DNA from: Candidatus Lustribacter sp.
Lineage (GTDB): Bacteria; Vulcanimicrobiota; Vulcanimicrobiia; Vulcanimicrobiales; Vulcanimicrobiaceae
NCBI GenBank assembly: GCA_965277805.1
Contig: OZ255842.1
Span: 1,472,001 to 1,536,000, forward strand
Length of the DNA: 64,000 nucleotides
Reading direction: 5' to 3'
Shown here: in pieces, positions 10,794 to 20,715 of the stretch
Layout: each line of letters begins with the position of its first letter
How positions within the stretch are numbered: position 1 is the first letter of the stretch
Notes under the pieces: generated by a model
The model's input: the letters and a program-made list of their open reading frames with translations, nothing else
Told to the model about the DNA's origin: nothing
Databases searched by the model: none
Made by a program: the position numbers and the translations under genes

Positions 10794-11957
10794 GCGCGGC
10801 AGCCGCCACAACAGCGCTGCGCCGAGCGCAAACTCGACGACGACGAGCAACAGCGCGACGCGCGGACCGAGGCCCGCGCTGCGCGCATCGAGTGCGGTGA
10901 CCAGCGGCGCCGTGATCGCGGGCGCGACGATCTGCGGAATCGCCGCTGCGAGGTTCCACACGCCCATCGCCGACGCCATCGCGTCGCGCGGCAGCACCGC
11001 ATAAGCGATGGCCCAATCGGCAGTGAAAAACGCGCCCCACGCGCAGCCCGACGCGATTGCGGCGGCGAACGCGACGAGCGGGTTGAGGGCGAGCGCAAAG
11101 GCGCCGACGGCAATTGCGATCGCGACGGCCGCGACGCTCACCACGATGCGCTTGTCGATGCGGTCGGCTGCGGGTCCCGCGAGTGCGGCTCCCGCAACGC
11201 CCGCGATCGTAAACGCCACAAACAGCAGCCCCGTCGTCGTGCGCGCGTCGGCGACGTGCAGTGACTCGCGCACGAAGAAGAACAAGAAGCCGAAGAGCGT
11301 GTAAAATCCGACGTTAATCGCCGCGCGCGAGAATAGTACCGTCAACAGCGGCGCGGTCATGCGGAGCGCGCCCGGCCGCACGTTCGCGGCCGGCAGCGTG
11401 CGCAAATGCGCGAGCGCGACGGCCGTTCCGGCAACGAGTGCGACCACGAGCACGGCCGCAGCGATGAGTCCTTGCAGCGCGGCGGCGACGAGCAAGCCGG
11501 TGACGCTGCCGGCAAGCGACGAAACGCTCATCCAAGCCGATGCGCGGCCGCGCCGCTCGTCGCCGATCGCATCGGAAATCGCGGCCTGGTAGGGGCCGCC
11601 GGCGAGATTCATTCCGATTTGCAGCGCGGCGAACGCGGCCGCGAGCAGCCCGAGCGACGGCGCAGCGAAAAATGCGATGAGCGCAAGCGCGGCGATCGCC
11701 ACGCCCGCGACATAGAATTCGCGCCGGTGGCCGGCGATCGCGATGCGCCGGTCCGACGCAAAGCCGGCCGCCAGCTGCACCGCGGCGGCGATCAGCGCTC
11801 CACCCGATGCGATCCACGCATACGCGACGACGCCGCCGGCCGGCGCGAGCGCTTGGATGCGGCTCTGCAAAAACACGCCGAGGATCGCACTCCAGACGGC
11901 CTGGTTCCCGAACCACAGGGCGCTGATGCGCGCCGGACTCGCCGTCACCGGCTGCAT
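10782..11957 (-). CDS. MFS transporter
   Basis: ATG at 11957; about 12 hydrophobic segments; GFASDR..GHRR and GPAADRIDKR MFS loop motifs; PYQAAISD. Confidence 0.85.
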   Translation of the reverse strand: MQPVTASPARISALWFGNQAVWSAILGVFLQSRIQALAPAGGVVAYAWIASGGALIAAAVQLAAGFASDRRIAIAGHRREFYVAGVAIAALALIAFFAAPSLGLLAAAFAALQIGMNLAGGPYQAAISDAIGDERRGRASAWMSVSSLAGSVTGLLVAAALQGLIAAAVLVVALVAGTAVALAHLRTLPAANVRPGALRMTAPLLTVLFSRAAINVGFYTLFGFLFFFVRESLHVADARTTTGLLFVAFTIAGVAGAALAGPAADRIDKRIVVSVAAVAIAIAVGAFALALNPLVAFAAAIASGCAWGAFFTADWAIAYAVLPRDAMASAMGVWNLAAAIPQIVAPAITAPLVTALDARSAGLGPRVALLLVVVEFALGAALLWRLPRLAP

Positions 11958-12670
11958 GCGTAGCGGTAGTCTTCCAGCGTGTCGATGTCGTAGCACAGGC
12001 CGGGCGCCGCGTCGCGTATCGCGGCCGCGCGTGCGCCGAGCACCGCCTCCGCCCGGCGTTCGATGTCGTCGATCCGCAAACGGCGTATGATGTAGCGCAC
12101 GAGCAGTGCGGGCCCGAGCAAACGCGCCATCCCCACGGCGCTCTTGCGCGCCTGGAAGAAGCGGCCCGCCACGGTTCGCACCGCTGCGCGCGCACTGCTG
12201 CGAATGAAGAAGACGCTGCCGTTGGCCACCCGCTCGCCGCCCAGCTCCGTGACGTGCGGCGGCGCGCCGGGATAGGCCGCCTCGTAGGCGGCGGCGCCGG
12301 CGAGCGGCAGCGTCAGATCGTAGGCGGCGCCGGCGCCGAGGTACGCGGCGAGGCCGGCCGCGGTGATGAAGGGCAGATCGCTCGTGGCAAAGAGCAGGTC
12401 GTCCTCCTGGGGCCACGCGTCGAGCGCGCGGGCGACGTTGGCCGCCCCGCCGGCCGCGGCGGGGATCAGGCGGGCCGTGCCGCGGTGGGGCTCGATCTCC
12501 GCGCTGCCGACGATCGCGACGTCACCGATGCCGGCGCCGGTGATCGCCCTCAGCACCGCGTCGAGCAAGACCCCGTTGCCGAAGGGAGCAAGCGCCTTCA
12601 CCGGCGTGCCGATGGCGGCGGCGAACGCCTCGTCGACGCGGCCCCCGGCCGTCACCACCGCGCGTAACAT
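11945..12670 (-). CDS. MobA-like NTP-transferase (GT-A fold) family protein
   Basis: MLRAVVTAGG, KAL, FATSDLPF and C-terminal DIDT motifs. Confidence 0.75.
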   Translation of the reverse strand: MLRAVVTAGGRVDEAFAAAIGTPVKALAPFGNGVLLDAVLRAITGAGIGDVAIVGSAEIEPHRGTARLIPAAAGGAANVARALDAWPQEDDLLFATSDLPFITAAGLAAYLGAGAAYDLTLPLAGAAAYEAAYPGAPPHVTELGGERVANGSVFFIRSSARAAVRTVAGRFFQARKSAVGMARLLGPALLVRYIIRRLRIDDIERRAEAVLGARAAAIRDAAPGLCYDIDTLEDYRYACSR

Positions 12671-12762
12671 TGGATTCACGTTCCGTGAATCTCCAGCGTT
12701 CGGCCTTCGGCCGAGCCGCCGCGGGCGGGGAACGGTGATTCGGCCGCCCAATCTACACCGGA

Positions 12763-15700
12763 ATGTCCCGGCGTTCAATCCTCGTCATCGGCTCTGGTCC
12801 GATCGTCATCGGTCAAGCCGCCGAGTTCGACTACGCCGGTGTTCAGGCGTGCCGTGCCCTGCGCGACGAAGGCCACCGCGTCGTACTCGTCAACTCGAAT
12901 CCGGCCACGATCATGACCGATCCCGAGATCGCGGACGCCGTCTACCTCGAGCCGTTGACGGTGAAGTCGATCGAGGCTATCATCGCCCGCGAACGCCCCG
13001 ATGCGCTCTTGCCGACGCTGGGCGGCCAGACCGGCCTGAACATGGCCGTCGAACTGTCTGCGGCCGGCGTGCTCGCGCGCTACGATGTCGAACTGCTCGG
13101 CACGCCGCTCGATACGATCCAGCTGGCCGAAGACCGCGAACGCTTCAAGACCAAGATGATCGAGATCGGCGAGCCGGTGCCGCCGAGCATCGTCGTCACC
13201 GACGTCGAGTCCGCGATCGAGTTCGCAGCGGAGCACGATTACCCGCTGATCGTCCGGCCGGCCTACACGCTCGGCGGCACCGGCGGCGGCCTCGTGCACA
13301 ACGAAGCCGAGCTGCGGGCCACGCTTGCGACCGGCCTCGCGGCGTCGATCATCAATCAGGCGCTGGTCGAGACGTCGCTGTTAGGCTGGAAAGAGCTGGA
13401 GTACGAAGTGCTCCGCGACAAAGCCAACAATTGCATCGTCGTCTGCAACATGGAGAACATCGATCCGGTCGGCGTGCACACCGGCGATTCGATCGTCGTC
13501 GCGCCCTCGCAGACGCTCAGCGACCTCGACTACCAGATGCTGCGCACGGCCAGCATCAACGTCATCCGCGCGCTCAACGTGCAGGGCGGCTGCAACATCC
13601 AGTTCGCGCTGCATCCCGACCGTCGCGAGTATCAGATCATCGAGGTCAACCCGCGCGTGTCGCGTTCGTCGGCGCTGGCGTCCAAAGCGACGGGTTATCC
13701 GATCGCGAAGATCTCGACGCTGATCGCGCTCGGCAAGACGCTCGACGAAATTCCCAACCCCGTCACCGGCATCACCAAGGCCGCCTACGAACCGACGCTC
13801 GATTACTGCGTGGTGAAGTTTCCGCGCTGGCCGTTCGACAAGTTTCCGCTGGCCGATTTTCGCCTCGGCACGCAGATGAAATCGACCGGCGAGGCGATGG
13901 GCATCGGCCGCACGTTTGCCGCCGCGTTGATGAAGGCGATTCGCGGGCTCGACCTCAAGTTCGAAACGCTGACCGGCGGCGCGTTTGCCGAATGGAGCGA
14001 TGAAGAACTCTGGCGCGCCGTCGAGGAGCCGACGCACGACCGGCTCTTCGCGGTCTGCGAACTGTTGCGCCGCGAGCGCAGCATCGAGGACATCCGCGCG
14101 CGCTCGTCGATCGATCGCTTTTGGCTGTGGGAACTCGAAGAGCTGGTGGAGCTCGAGGACGAACTGCGCAAGTTCAAGAGCAAACCCGGCCAGCCGATGA
14201 TGTATCCGCCGCCGGCACTGATCAAGCTCGCGATCGAAGCGGGCTACTCGACGCGCGGCATCAACTCGCTCTTCGGCGGCGAGTTCAAGAGCGTCAACGA
14301 TCGCGGCCAGTTCCGCATGGTCGACACGGCCGCTGCCGAGTTTCCCGCGCGCTCGCCGTACTATTATCTCTCGCGCTTCGAAGCCGACGAGATGCGCAAG
14401 CCGCCGAATCCGGCCGTCGTCGTCGTAGGGAGCGGTCCGATCCGCATCGGTCAGGGCATCGAATTCGACTACTCGTGCGTCCACGCGGCGTGGGCCTTGC
14501 GCGATGCCGGGCGGTCGGCCGTGGTGGTCAACAACAACCCGGAAACGGTGTCGACCGACTTCGACATCTCCGACGTGCTGGTGTTCGAACCGCCGGGTCC
14601 GGACGAAGTCGAACTTGCGTATCGCGCCACCGGCGCCGAGGGCGTAATGCTCGCGTTCGGCGGACAGACGGCGATCAATCTGGCCGACGAACTCGCGCGC
14701 CGCGGCGTGAAGATCATCGGCAGCGATCAGCGTTCGCTCGATCTCGCGGAAGATCGCGAAAAGTTCGAAGCGGTGCTCGAGCGGCTCGGCGTCGCGCGCC
14801 CGCAGGGCCGCGCCGCGAAGACGTTCCGCGAAGCGCGCATCACCGCGCGCGAACTCGGTTTCCCCGTCATCGTACGGCCCTCGTACGTGCTCGGCGGCCG
14901 CGGCATGGAGATCGTGCACAACGAAGCGCAGCTCGCGTCCTACGTCGAGAGCGCGCCGCCGATCACGCCCGGTGCGCCGCTGCTCGTCGACAAGTACCTG
15001 CGCGGCCTGGAAGTCGAGGTCGACGCGGCCTTCGACGGCGAGGACATCCTTATCCCCGGCATCTTCGAGCACGTCGAACGCGCCGGCGTTCACTCCGGCG
15101 ACTCGATCTCGGTGTTCCCGACGCAAACCGTCAGCCCCGAGATGGAAACGCGCATCTGCAGCGTGACGGAAGCCGTAGCGCGCGAACTCGGCATCCGCGG
15201 GCTGATCAACATCCAGTTCGTGATCCACGCGAACGATCTCTACATTCTCGAGGCCAACCCGCGCGCCAGCCGCACGGTGCCGATCATCTCGAAAGCGACC
15301 GGCATCAACCTCGTCGCGGCGGCCACGCGGATCGCGCTCGGCGAGAAGCTGCGCGGCATGCCGTGGGGGACGGGGCTGCGCCCGCGTCCGGCCTACACGG
15401 TCGTCAAAGTGCCGGTGTTCTCGTTTGCGAAGATGCGCGGCGTCGAAACGATCCTCGGACCCGAGATGAAGTCGACCGGCGAAGTGCTCGGCATCGATGA
15501 GACCTACGCCGGCGCGCTGCTCAAGGGCTTTCTCGGCGCCGGCATCCGTTTGCCGAAAGAAGGCGGCCGCGTGCTGGTCTCGATCTCGGATGAAGAGAAG
15601 CCCGAGTCGGTCGCGATCCTGCGCCGCTTCGTCGATCTCGGCTTCACCCTCGTCGCCACGCGCGGCACGCACGATCTGCTGGAAAAACACGGCATCCCGC

Positions 15701-15978
15701 ACGAGACGATCAACGCGATCGCCGACGGTTCGCCCAACGTGCTCGATGCGATCAGCAAACGCACCGTCGATCTCGTGATCAACAATGCCGGCGGCGCGCG
15801 CCGCGATTCGACCGACAACTTTCGCATCCGGCGCGCCGCGGTCGAAGCGTCGATCGCGTGCCTCACCAGCCTCGACACGGCCGCCGCGCTGGCAACGGCG
15901 CTGGCCTCGGATCCCGGTCCGCCGCGTTCGCTGCAAGAATACCAAGCGTTGCATCGCGAGACGATCGGAGCGATTTAG
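12763..15978 (+). CDS. carB: Carbamoyl-phosphate synthase large subunit
   Basis: GSGPIVIGQAAEFDY, duplicated ATP-grasp halves (GSGPIRIGQGIEFDY), EVNPRVSRSS, C-terminal MGS domain; 1071 aa. Confidence 0.98.
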   Translation: MSRRSILVIGSGPIVIGQAAEFDYAGVQACRALRDEGHRVVLVNSNPATIMTDPEIADAVYLEPLTVKSIEAIIARERPDALLPTLGGQTGLNMAVELSAAGVLARYDVELLGTPLDTIQLAEDRERFKTKMIEIGEPVPPSIVVTDVESAIEFAAEHDYPLIVRPAYTLGGTGGGLVHNEAELRATLATGLAASIINQALVETSLLGWKELEYEVLRDKANNCIVVCNMENIDPVGVHTGDSIVVAPSQTLSDLDYQMLRTASINVIRALNVQGGCNIQFALHPDRREYQIIEVNPRVSRSSALASKATGYPIAKISTLIALGKTLDEIPNPVTGITKAAYEPTLDYCVVKFPRWPFDKFPLADFRLGTQMKSTGEAMGIGRTFAAALMKAIRGLDLKFETLTGGAFAEWSDEELWRAVEEPTHDRLFAVCELLRRERSIEDIRARSSIDRFWLWELEELVELEDELRKFKSKPGQPMMYPPPALIKLAIEAGYSTRGINSLFGGEFKSVNDRGQFRMVDTAAAEFPARSPYYYLSRFEADEMRKPPNPAVVVVGSGPIRIGQGIEFDYSCVHAAWALRDAGRSAVVVNNNPETVSTDFDISDVLVFEPPGPDEVELAYRATGAEGVMLAFGGQTAINLADELARRGVKIIGSDQRSLDLAEDREKFEAVLERLGVARPQGRAAKTFREARITARELGFPVIVRPSYVLGGRGMEIVHNEAQLASYVESAPPITPGAPLLVDKYLRGLEVEVDAAFDGEDILIPGIFEHVERAGVHSGDSISVFPTQTVSPEMETRICSVTEAVARELGIRGLINIQFVIHANDLYILEANPRASRTVPIISKATGINLVAAATRIALGEKLRGMPWGTGLRPRPAYTVVKVPVFSFAKMRGVETILGPEMKSTGEVLGIDETYAGALLKGFLGAGIRLPKEGGRVLVSISDEEKPESVAILRRFVDLGFTLVATRGTHDLLEKHGIPHETINAIADGSPNVLDAISKRTVDLVINNAGGARRDSTDNFRIRRAAVEASIACLTSLDTAAALATALASDPGPPRSLQEYQALHRETIGAI

Positions 15979-16727
15979 TGGAACCAGCGGATGACGCGGC
16001 CGAACCCTACGCGTTCGTGTTGGGCGGCAACGCCAACACGCTGGCGTTCACCTCGAGCCTCGTTCCGGAAAACCGTCAGATCGCGGCCTGGCTCGTACCC
16101 CTGGCGTGGACGCCGATCGGCGTCGTGCTCGGCGAGAACTGGCAGCGCGTCAACGTCGCGGCCGACAACCTTGCAGCGTGGGGCGATACGACCTTCGCGC
16201 CCGACGACGAGCGCGCGTTCGTCTCATCGGCGCGCGATCTCGAGATGCTGGCGCGCATCGGCTGGAGCGCGCCCGTGCCGGCCGAGCTGAACGAAGGGAC
16301 GCTCGTCAATCCCGACGATCTGCCCGAAGATCTGCTGGAAGCGTTCGCGCATCCGGCCGAAACGCTCGTGCAGTGCGCGATCTGCCGGCGTTCGTGCGTG
16401 CGCGATGACTTCGTGTGGAACGAACGGCGTTTGTGCGCGTGGGATTTCCACGCCACCGTATTCGGCAAGCGCGGGCCGTGGCACGCCGAGCCCTACGAAG
16501 AGCGGCATTTCGCGACGCTGCCGTCGTGCAAGTACGTCGCGCATCCGCTGCTCGAAGATATCGGCGTCGATGCGATCATGGCGCTCGACGGCATCGACGG
16601 CGAGCTCGCGCACCGCATCATCAACGAGGTGATCGCTGCCGATCCGACGCGCGCGCACCTTGCCGTGCAGACCTTGGGTGGCTTCACGCTCCTGCGCGAA
16701 CGCAACACCACGGGGGTCGAATCCTGA
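15978..16727 (+). CDS. Hypothetical protein with Cys cluster (CAICRRSC...CAWD)
   Basis: GTG overlapping carB TAG; host-like codon usage; 3' end overlaps the PBP gene. Confidence 0.7.
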   Translation: MEPADDAAEPYAFVLGGNANTLAFTSSLVPENRQIAAWLVPLAWTPIGVVLGENWQRVNVAADNLAAWGDTTFAPDDERAFVSSARDLEMLARIGWSAPVPAELNEGTLVNPDDLPEDLLEAFAHPAETLVQCAICRRSCVRDDFVWNERRLCAWDFHATVFGKRGPWHAEPYEERHFATLPSCKYVAHPLLEDIGVDAIMALDGIDGELAHRIINEVIAADPTRAHLAVQTLGGFTLLRERNTTGVES

Positions 16728-18118
16728 CGGATCGCGCCATCGGCCGCATGCGAACGCTGTTCCTCGTGCTGTTCGCATTGCTGGCGCTGCGCCAATTGCA
16801 AATCGCCCTGGTCGACGCGCCGAAGCTCGACGCCGACGCACGTAACCCGCGCCGCGCCGACATCGCCGCCGGGCGCGGCAGCATCGTCGCCAGCGACGGA
16901 ACGCCGCTCGCGCTCACGCGCAACGGCCGGCGCGTCTATCCGCTCGGCACCATCACCGCGCATGTTGTCGGGTACGCATCGCCGCGCTACGGAACGGCGG
17001 GACTCGAAGACGCATTCGATCGCGTGCTCACAGCGCCGGCCCCGGCCGACGGCGTGTGGACCGAACTGCAAAGTTTGCTGAGCGGCGGGAACGGCGCGCC
17101 GCACGGCGCCGAGGTCGTGACGACGCTCGATCTGGGCGTGCAGCGCGTGCTCGCGGCGGCGCTCGGGCAGCGCGCGCGCGCGGCCGGCATCGTAATGGAT
17201 CCGCGCACCGGCGCGGTCATCGCGCTCGCCGCGACGCCGACGTTCGATCCCAACACCCTGGACCGCAAGTGGCCCGCGCTCGTGAAAGACACGGCCTCGC
17301 CGTTGCTCGACCGCGGCACGTCGGGCCTCTATCCGCCCGGCTCGACGTTCAAGATCGTCACGGCCGCCGATGCGCTCGACGCCGGTCTGGTCACGCCGGC
17401 GACCGTGTTCAACGACACCGGCGGCCTCCAAGTCGGCAACTTCACCGTGCGCAACGATCAGAACGAAGTCACCGGCCGCCAGACGCTGACCGGCGCGTTC
17501 GCGCTTTCGAGCAACGTCGACTTCGCCCAGATCGCACTGAAGATCGGTCCCGACCTGTGGCTCCAGGATGCGGGCAAGTGGGGCCTCGGGCAGACGATGA
17601 ACTTCGATCTGCCGGTGGCGCGCGATCGAGTGCCGGCCCGCGACGAATTGATCCCCTCCGTGCTCGCCCAATTGGGCTTCGGCCAAGCGTCGCTGCTCGT
17701 CACGCCGATCCGTATGGCCCTGGTCGCGGCGACGATCGCGGACGGCGGGCGCACGCCCCGGCCGTACTTGGTGCGCAGCATCGCCGGCAGCGAAACGAGC
17801 CTCGCGACGGCACGCGAACAGCTCGCGGCGCCGGTCAGCACCGACACCGCAAACCAGGTCCGGGACTTGATGATCGCGGTGGTGCAGCACGGCACCGGAA
17901 CCGCGGCGGCCCTGCCCGGCGTCACGGTCGCGGGCAAGACCGGCACGGCCACCAACCCGCACGGTCCGGCGCACTCGTGGTTTGTGGCCTTCGCCCCGGC
18001 GCTCGCGCCGCGCGTCGTTGTCGCCGTGATCGTCGAGAACGGCGGGTACGGCGCGGCCGTTGCGGCGCCCATCGTGCGCGACGTCCTACGGGTCGCGCTT
18101 GCTCGAAAGCGAACGTAA
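16724..18118 (+). CDS. Class B penicillin-binding protein (PbpA-like transpeptidase); start CTG 16724 or ATG 16748
   Basis: N-terminal TM; RGSIVASDG, RVYPLG; SxxK (PGSTFK), SxN (SSN), KTG (GKTGTA). Confidence 0.9.
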   Translation: MTDRAIGRMRTLFLVLFALLALRQLQIALVDAPKLDADARNPRRADIAAGRGSIVASDGTPLALTRNGRRVYPLGTITAHVVGYASPRYGTAGLEDAFDRVLTAPAPADGVWTELQSLLSGGNGAPHGAEVVTTLDLGVQRVLAAALGQRARAAGIVMDPRTGAVIALAATPTFDPNTLDRKWPALVKDTASPLLDRGTSGLYPPGSTFKIVTAADALDAGLVTPATVFNDTGGLQVGNFTVRNDQNEVTGRQTLTGAFALSSNVDFAQIALKIGPDLWLQDAGKWGLGQTMNFDLPVARDRVPARDELIPSVLAQLGFGQASLLVTPIRMALVAATIADGGRTPRPYLVRSIAGSETSLATAREQLAAPVSTDTANQVRDLMIAVVQHGTGTAAALPGVTVAGKTGTATNPHGPAHSWFVAFAPALAPRVVVAVIVENGGYGAAVAAPIVRDVLRVALARKRT

Positions 18119-18124
18119 CGTACG

Positions 18125-20203
18125 TTGGAACTCGAACACGTCTTCAACGGCCGCTATCGCGTCGACACCCGTTTGGGTACCGGCGGGATGGCGATCGTGT
18201 ACTGCGGGACCGATCTGTTGCTGCGCCGCCGCGTGGCGATCAAGGTACTGCGCGACCAGTTCTCGGCCGACGACGACTTCATCAAGCGCTTTTCGTATGA
18301 AGCGCAAGCAGCCGCACGGCTCTCGCATCCCAACGTCGTCAACGTCTACGACTTCGGACACGAAGGCGATGCCTATTTCATCGTGATGGAACTGGTCGAG
18401 GGCGAGACCCTGGCGGCGATGCTGCGCGGCGAGCGCCGCGTGCCCGAATCCGTCGCCATCGATTATGCCACGCAGATCGCCGCCGGACTCGCGTTCGCGC
18501 ACCGTCAAGGCCTCTTGCACCGCGACGTCAAGCCGGCCAACATCCTCGTCACCGGCGACGACGTCGTCAAACTCGGCGACTTCGGCATCGCGCGCGCGGT
18601 GGCCGAGAACGCGATCGGCGTAACGCAGCCCGGCATGGTGATGGGCAGCGTCGCTTACGTGTCGCCCGAACAAGCGCAGGGCCGCGAACTCGATGCGCGC
18701 TCCGATCTGTATTCGCTCGGCGTCGTGCTCTACCAAATGGTTACCGGCCGCTTACCGTTCAACGGTGAAACGCCGGTCGCCGTGGCGCTCAAGCACGTCT
18801 CCGAACCCGCACCGGTGCTCGATCCGGTGCGCGACGGCGTGAGCCCGGCACTGGCATCGATCGTCGCCACGCTGCTGCAGAAGAACCCCGAAGAACGCTT
18901 CGCCTCGGCGACCGAACTCGGCCGCGCGCTGCGCGAAGCGCGCGAGCAGCCGGCGATGAGCATCGGTGCGGCAGCGCGTGCGGCCGGCGACGCGCCGACG
19001 TCGCACTTCCGCACCGTCACAGCGCCCACGCCGCCGCCGCGCGCGTCGGCTGCGCCCGACTACCCGCCGGCCAACGGCGTCGCCGCCGTCGATGACCCGA
19101 TGCCGCCGGCGTTCGACCGGCGCTGGATTCCGTTCTTTGCGCTGATGCTGGTCGTCGCCGGCGTCGTCGGCTATCTCGGCGCGCGCGCCATCGGGCCGCG
19201 CAAAGACATCGCGATCGCCGACTTCGTCAACCGGAGTTCGATGCAGGCGCAGCAGTCGCTGGTCGCCGCCGGATTGCGTTCCGACGTGCGCCCTGAAGCG
19301 AGCGAGACCGTGCCGATCGATCGCGTCATCCGTCAGGATCCGCCCCCCGGCACGATGACGTCGCGCGGCGCGACCGTGACGCTGTTCGTGTCCAACGGTG
19401 CACCGCTGGTGGCGATACCCGACGTCAAGGGCTTCACCAGCTCCGATGCGCAGCACATGCTCGCGGGCGCGAAATTCAAGACGAAGATCGCCGGCCGTTT
19501 CGATGCGAGCGCACCGAAAGACACCGTGCTCGACGTGAGTCCGGCCGTCGGCACGAATGCGAGCGAAGGCAGCACGATCACGCTGACGGTCTCGCAGGGC
19601 CGCCAGCCGGTGCGCGTTCCGCAGCTCGTCGGCGTCACGGTCGATGCGGCGCGCGCGCAATTGGCAAAACTCGGCTTGACGCTCAACGTCGATCAGCAGG
19701 TCTCGAACGATCTCATTCCCAGCGGCACGATCACCTCGCAAGCGCAGGCCGGCGGCACGACCGTTGACCCCGCCTCGACGGTCGGTGTGACGGTGAGCAC
19801 CGGTCCGCCGCTGACGACGGTGCCGGATGTCGGCGGCAAGGCGCCGGCCGATGCGGTCACGGCGTTACAGACGGCCGGCTTTACGCCGCGCATTCAGTAC
19901 ATCGTTGATGCTACCAATGCCGGAGGCAACGTTTCGGCGCAAAATCCGCCCGCGAACGCGACCGCGCCGCGCCGTTCCGACGTCACGATCAGCGTATCGG
20001 TTCCCGGCACGGTTCCCGACGTCACCAACATGGCGCTCGACGATGCCAAAGCCGCGATCGTCGCGAGCGGCTATACGATCGGCAACGTCGCGGTCACGCA
20101 GGACGGGCCGACCGGCAAGGTCGCGCGCACAGAACCCGAAGCCAACGCCGCGCTGCGGCCGGGTGAAGCGGTGACGATCTACTATCACGGCGTGACGCCG
20201 TAA
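18125..20203 (+). CDS. pknB: PASTA-domain Ser/Thr protein kinase
   Basis: GTGGMA, VAIK, HRDVKPAN, DFGIARA, YVSPEQ; TM; four PASTA-like repeats (IADFVN, IPDVKG, VPQLVG, VPDVGG) plus a terminal VPDV unit. Confidence 0.93.
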   Translation: MELEHVFNGRYRVDTRLGTGGMAIVYCGTDLLLRRRVAIKVLRDQFSADDDFIKRFSYEAQAAARLSHPNVVNVYDFGHEGDAYFIVMELVEGETLAAMLRGERRVPESVAIDYATQIAAGLAFAHRQGLLHRDVKPANILVTGDDVVKLGDFGIARAVAENAIGVTQPGMVMGSVAYVSPEQAQGRELDARSDLYSLGVVLYQMVTGRLPFNGETPVAVALKHVSEPAPVLDPVRDGVSPALASIVATLLQKNPEERFASATELGRALREAREQPAMSIGAAARAAGDAPTSHFRTVTAPTPPPRASAAPDYPPANGVAAVDDPMPPAFDRRWIPFFALMLVVAGVVGYLGARAIGPRKDIAIADFVNRSSMQAQQSLVAAGLRSDVRPEASETVPIDRVIRQDPPPGTMTSRGATVTLFVSNGAPLVAIPDVKGFTSSDAQHMLAGAKFKTKIAGRFDASAPKDTVLDVSPAVGTNASEGSTITLTVSQGRQPVRVPQLVGVTVDAARAQLAKLGLTLNVDQQVSNDLIPSGTITSQAQAGGTTVDPASTVGVTVSTGPPLTTVPDVGGKAPADAVTALQTAGFTPRIQYIVDATNAGGNVSAQNPPANATAPRRSDVTISVSVPGTVPDVTNMALDDAKAAIVASGYTIGNVAVTQDGPTGKVARTEPEANAALRPGEAVTIYYHGVTP

Positions 20204-20712
20204 TGCGCGTGCTCGGCGTCGATCCCGGGTTGCGCACCACCGGTTATGGCGTGCTCGACGCCGTCGGCGGGACGTATCGTCTGATCGAGGGCGGCGTGCT
20301 GCGGCCGAAAACGACGCTCTCGCTCGAAGCGCGGCTCGAGCAGCTGCACACGGCGATGCTCGAAGTCGTGCGCGCGACGCGGCCGGATTGCATGGTGGTC
20401 GAGGAGTTGTGGTCGGCGCCGAAGCATCCGCCGACGGCCGTGCTGATGGGCCACGCGCGCGGCGTGATCGCGCTCGCCGCCGGTTTGTGCGAGGTCGCGT
20501 TCGAAGAGCTCTCACACGTGACGGTCAAGCGCGCGCTCACCGGCAACGGCGCGGCGCGCAAAGAACAGGTCAAATCGATGGTGTGCGTCCACCTCGGCCT
20601 CACCGTCGCACCGCAGCCCGACGACGTCTCCGACGCGCTCGCGCTTGCGCTCGTCTTCGCGATGCGCGGGCGCGACGTGGTGGCGATAGCGCGCGCTGCG
20701 GCGGCACGGTAG
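20203..20712 (+). CDS. ruvC: Holliday junction resolvase
   Basis: LGVDPG, VVEE, ARG, VKRALTGNG, DDVSDALA. Confidence 0.95.
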   Translation: MRVLGVDPGLRTTGYGVLDAVGGTYRLIEGGVLRPKTTLSLEARLEQLHTAMLEVVRATRPDCMVVEELWSAPKHPPTAVLMGHARGVIALAAGLCEVAFEELSHVTVKRALTGNGAARKEQVKSMVCVHLGLTVAPQPDDVSDALALALVFAMRGRDVVAIARAAAAR

Positions 20713-20715
20713 CCC

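Noticed and set aside
13381-15954. 857-aa antisense ORF over carB and many similar long overlapping ORFs in the track
   Set aside because: Expected from stop-codon scarcity in GC-rich DNA; no motifs, and they overlap well-supported genes
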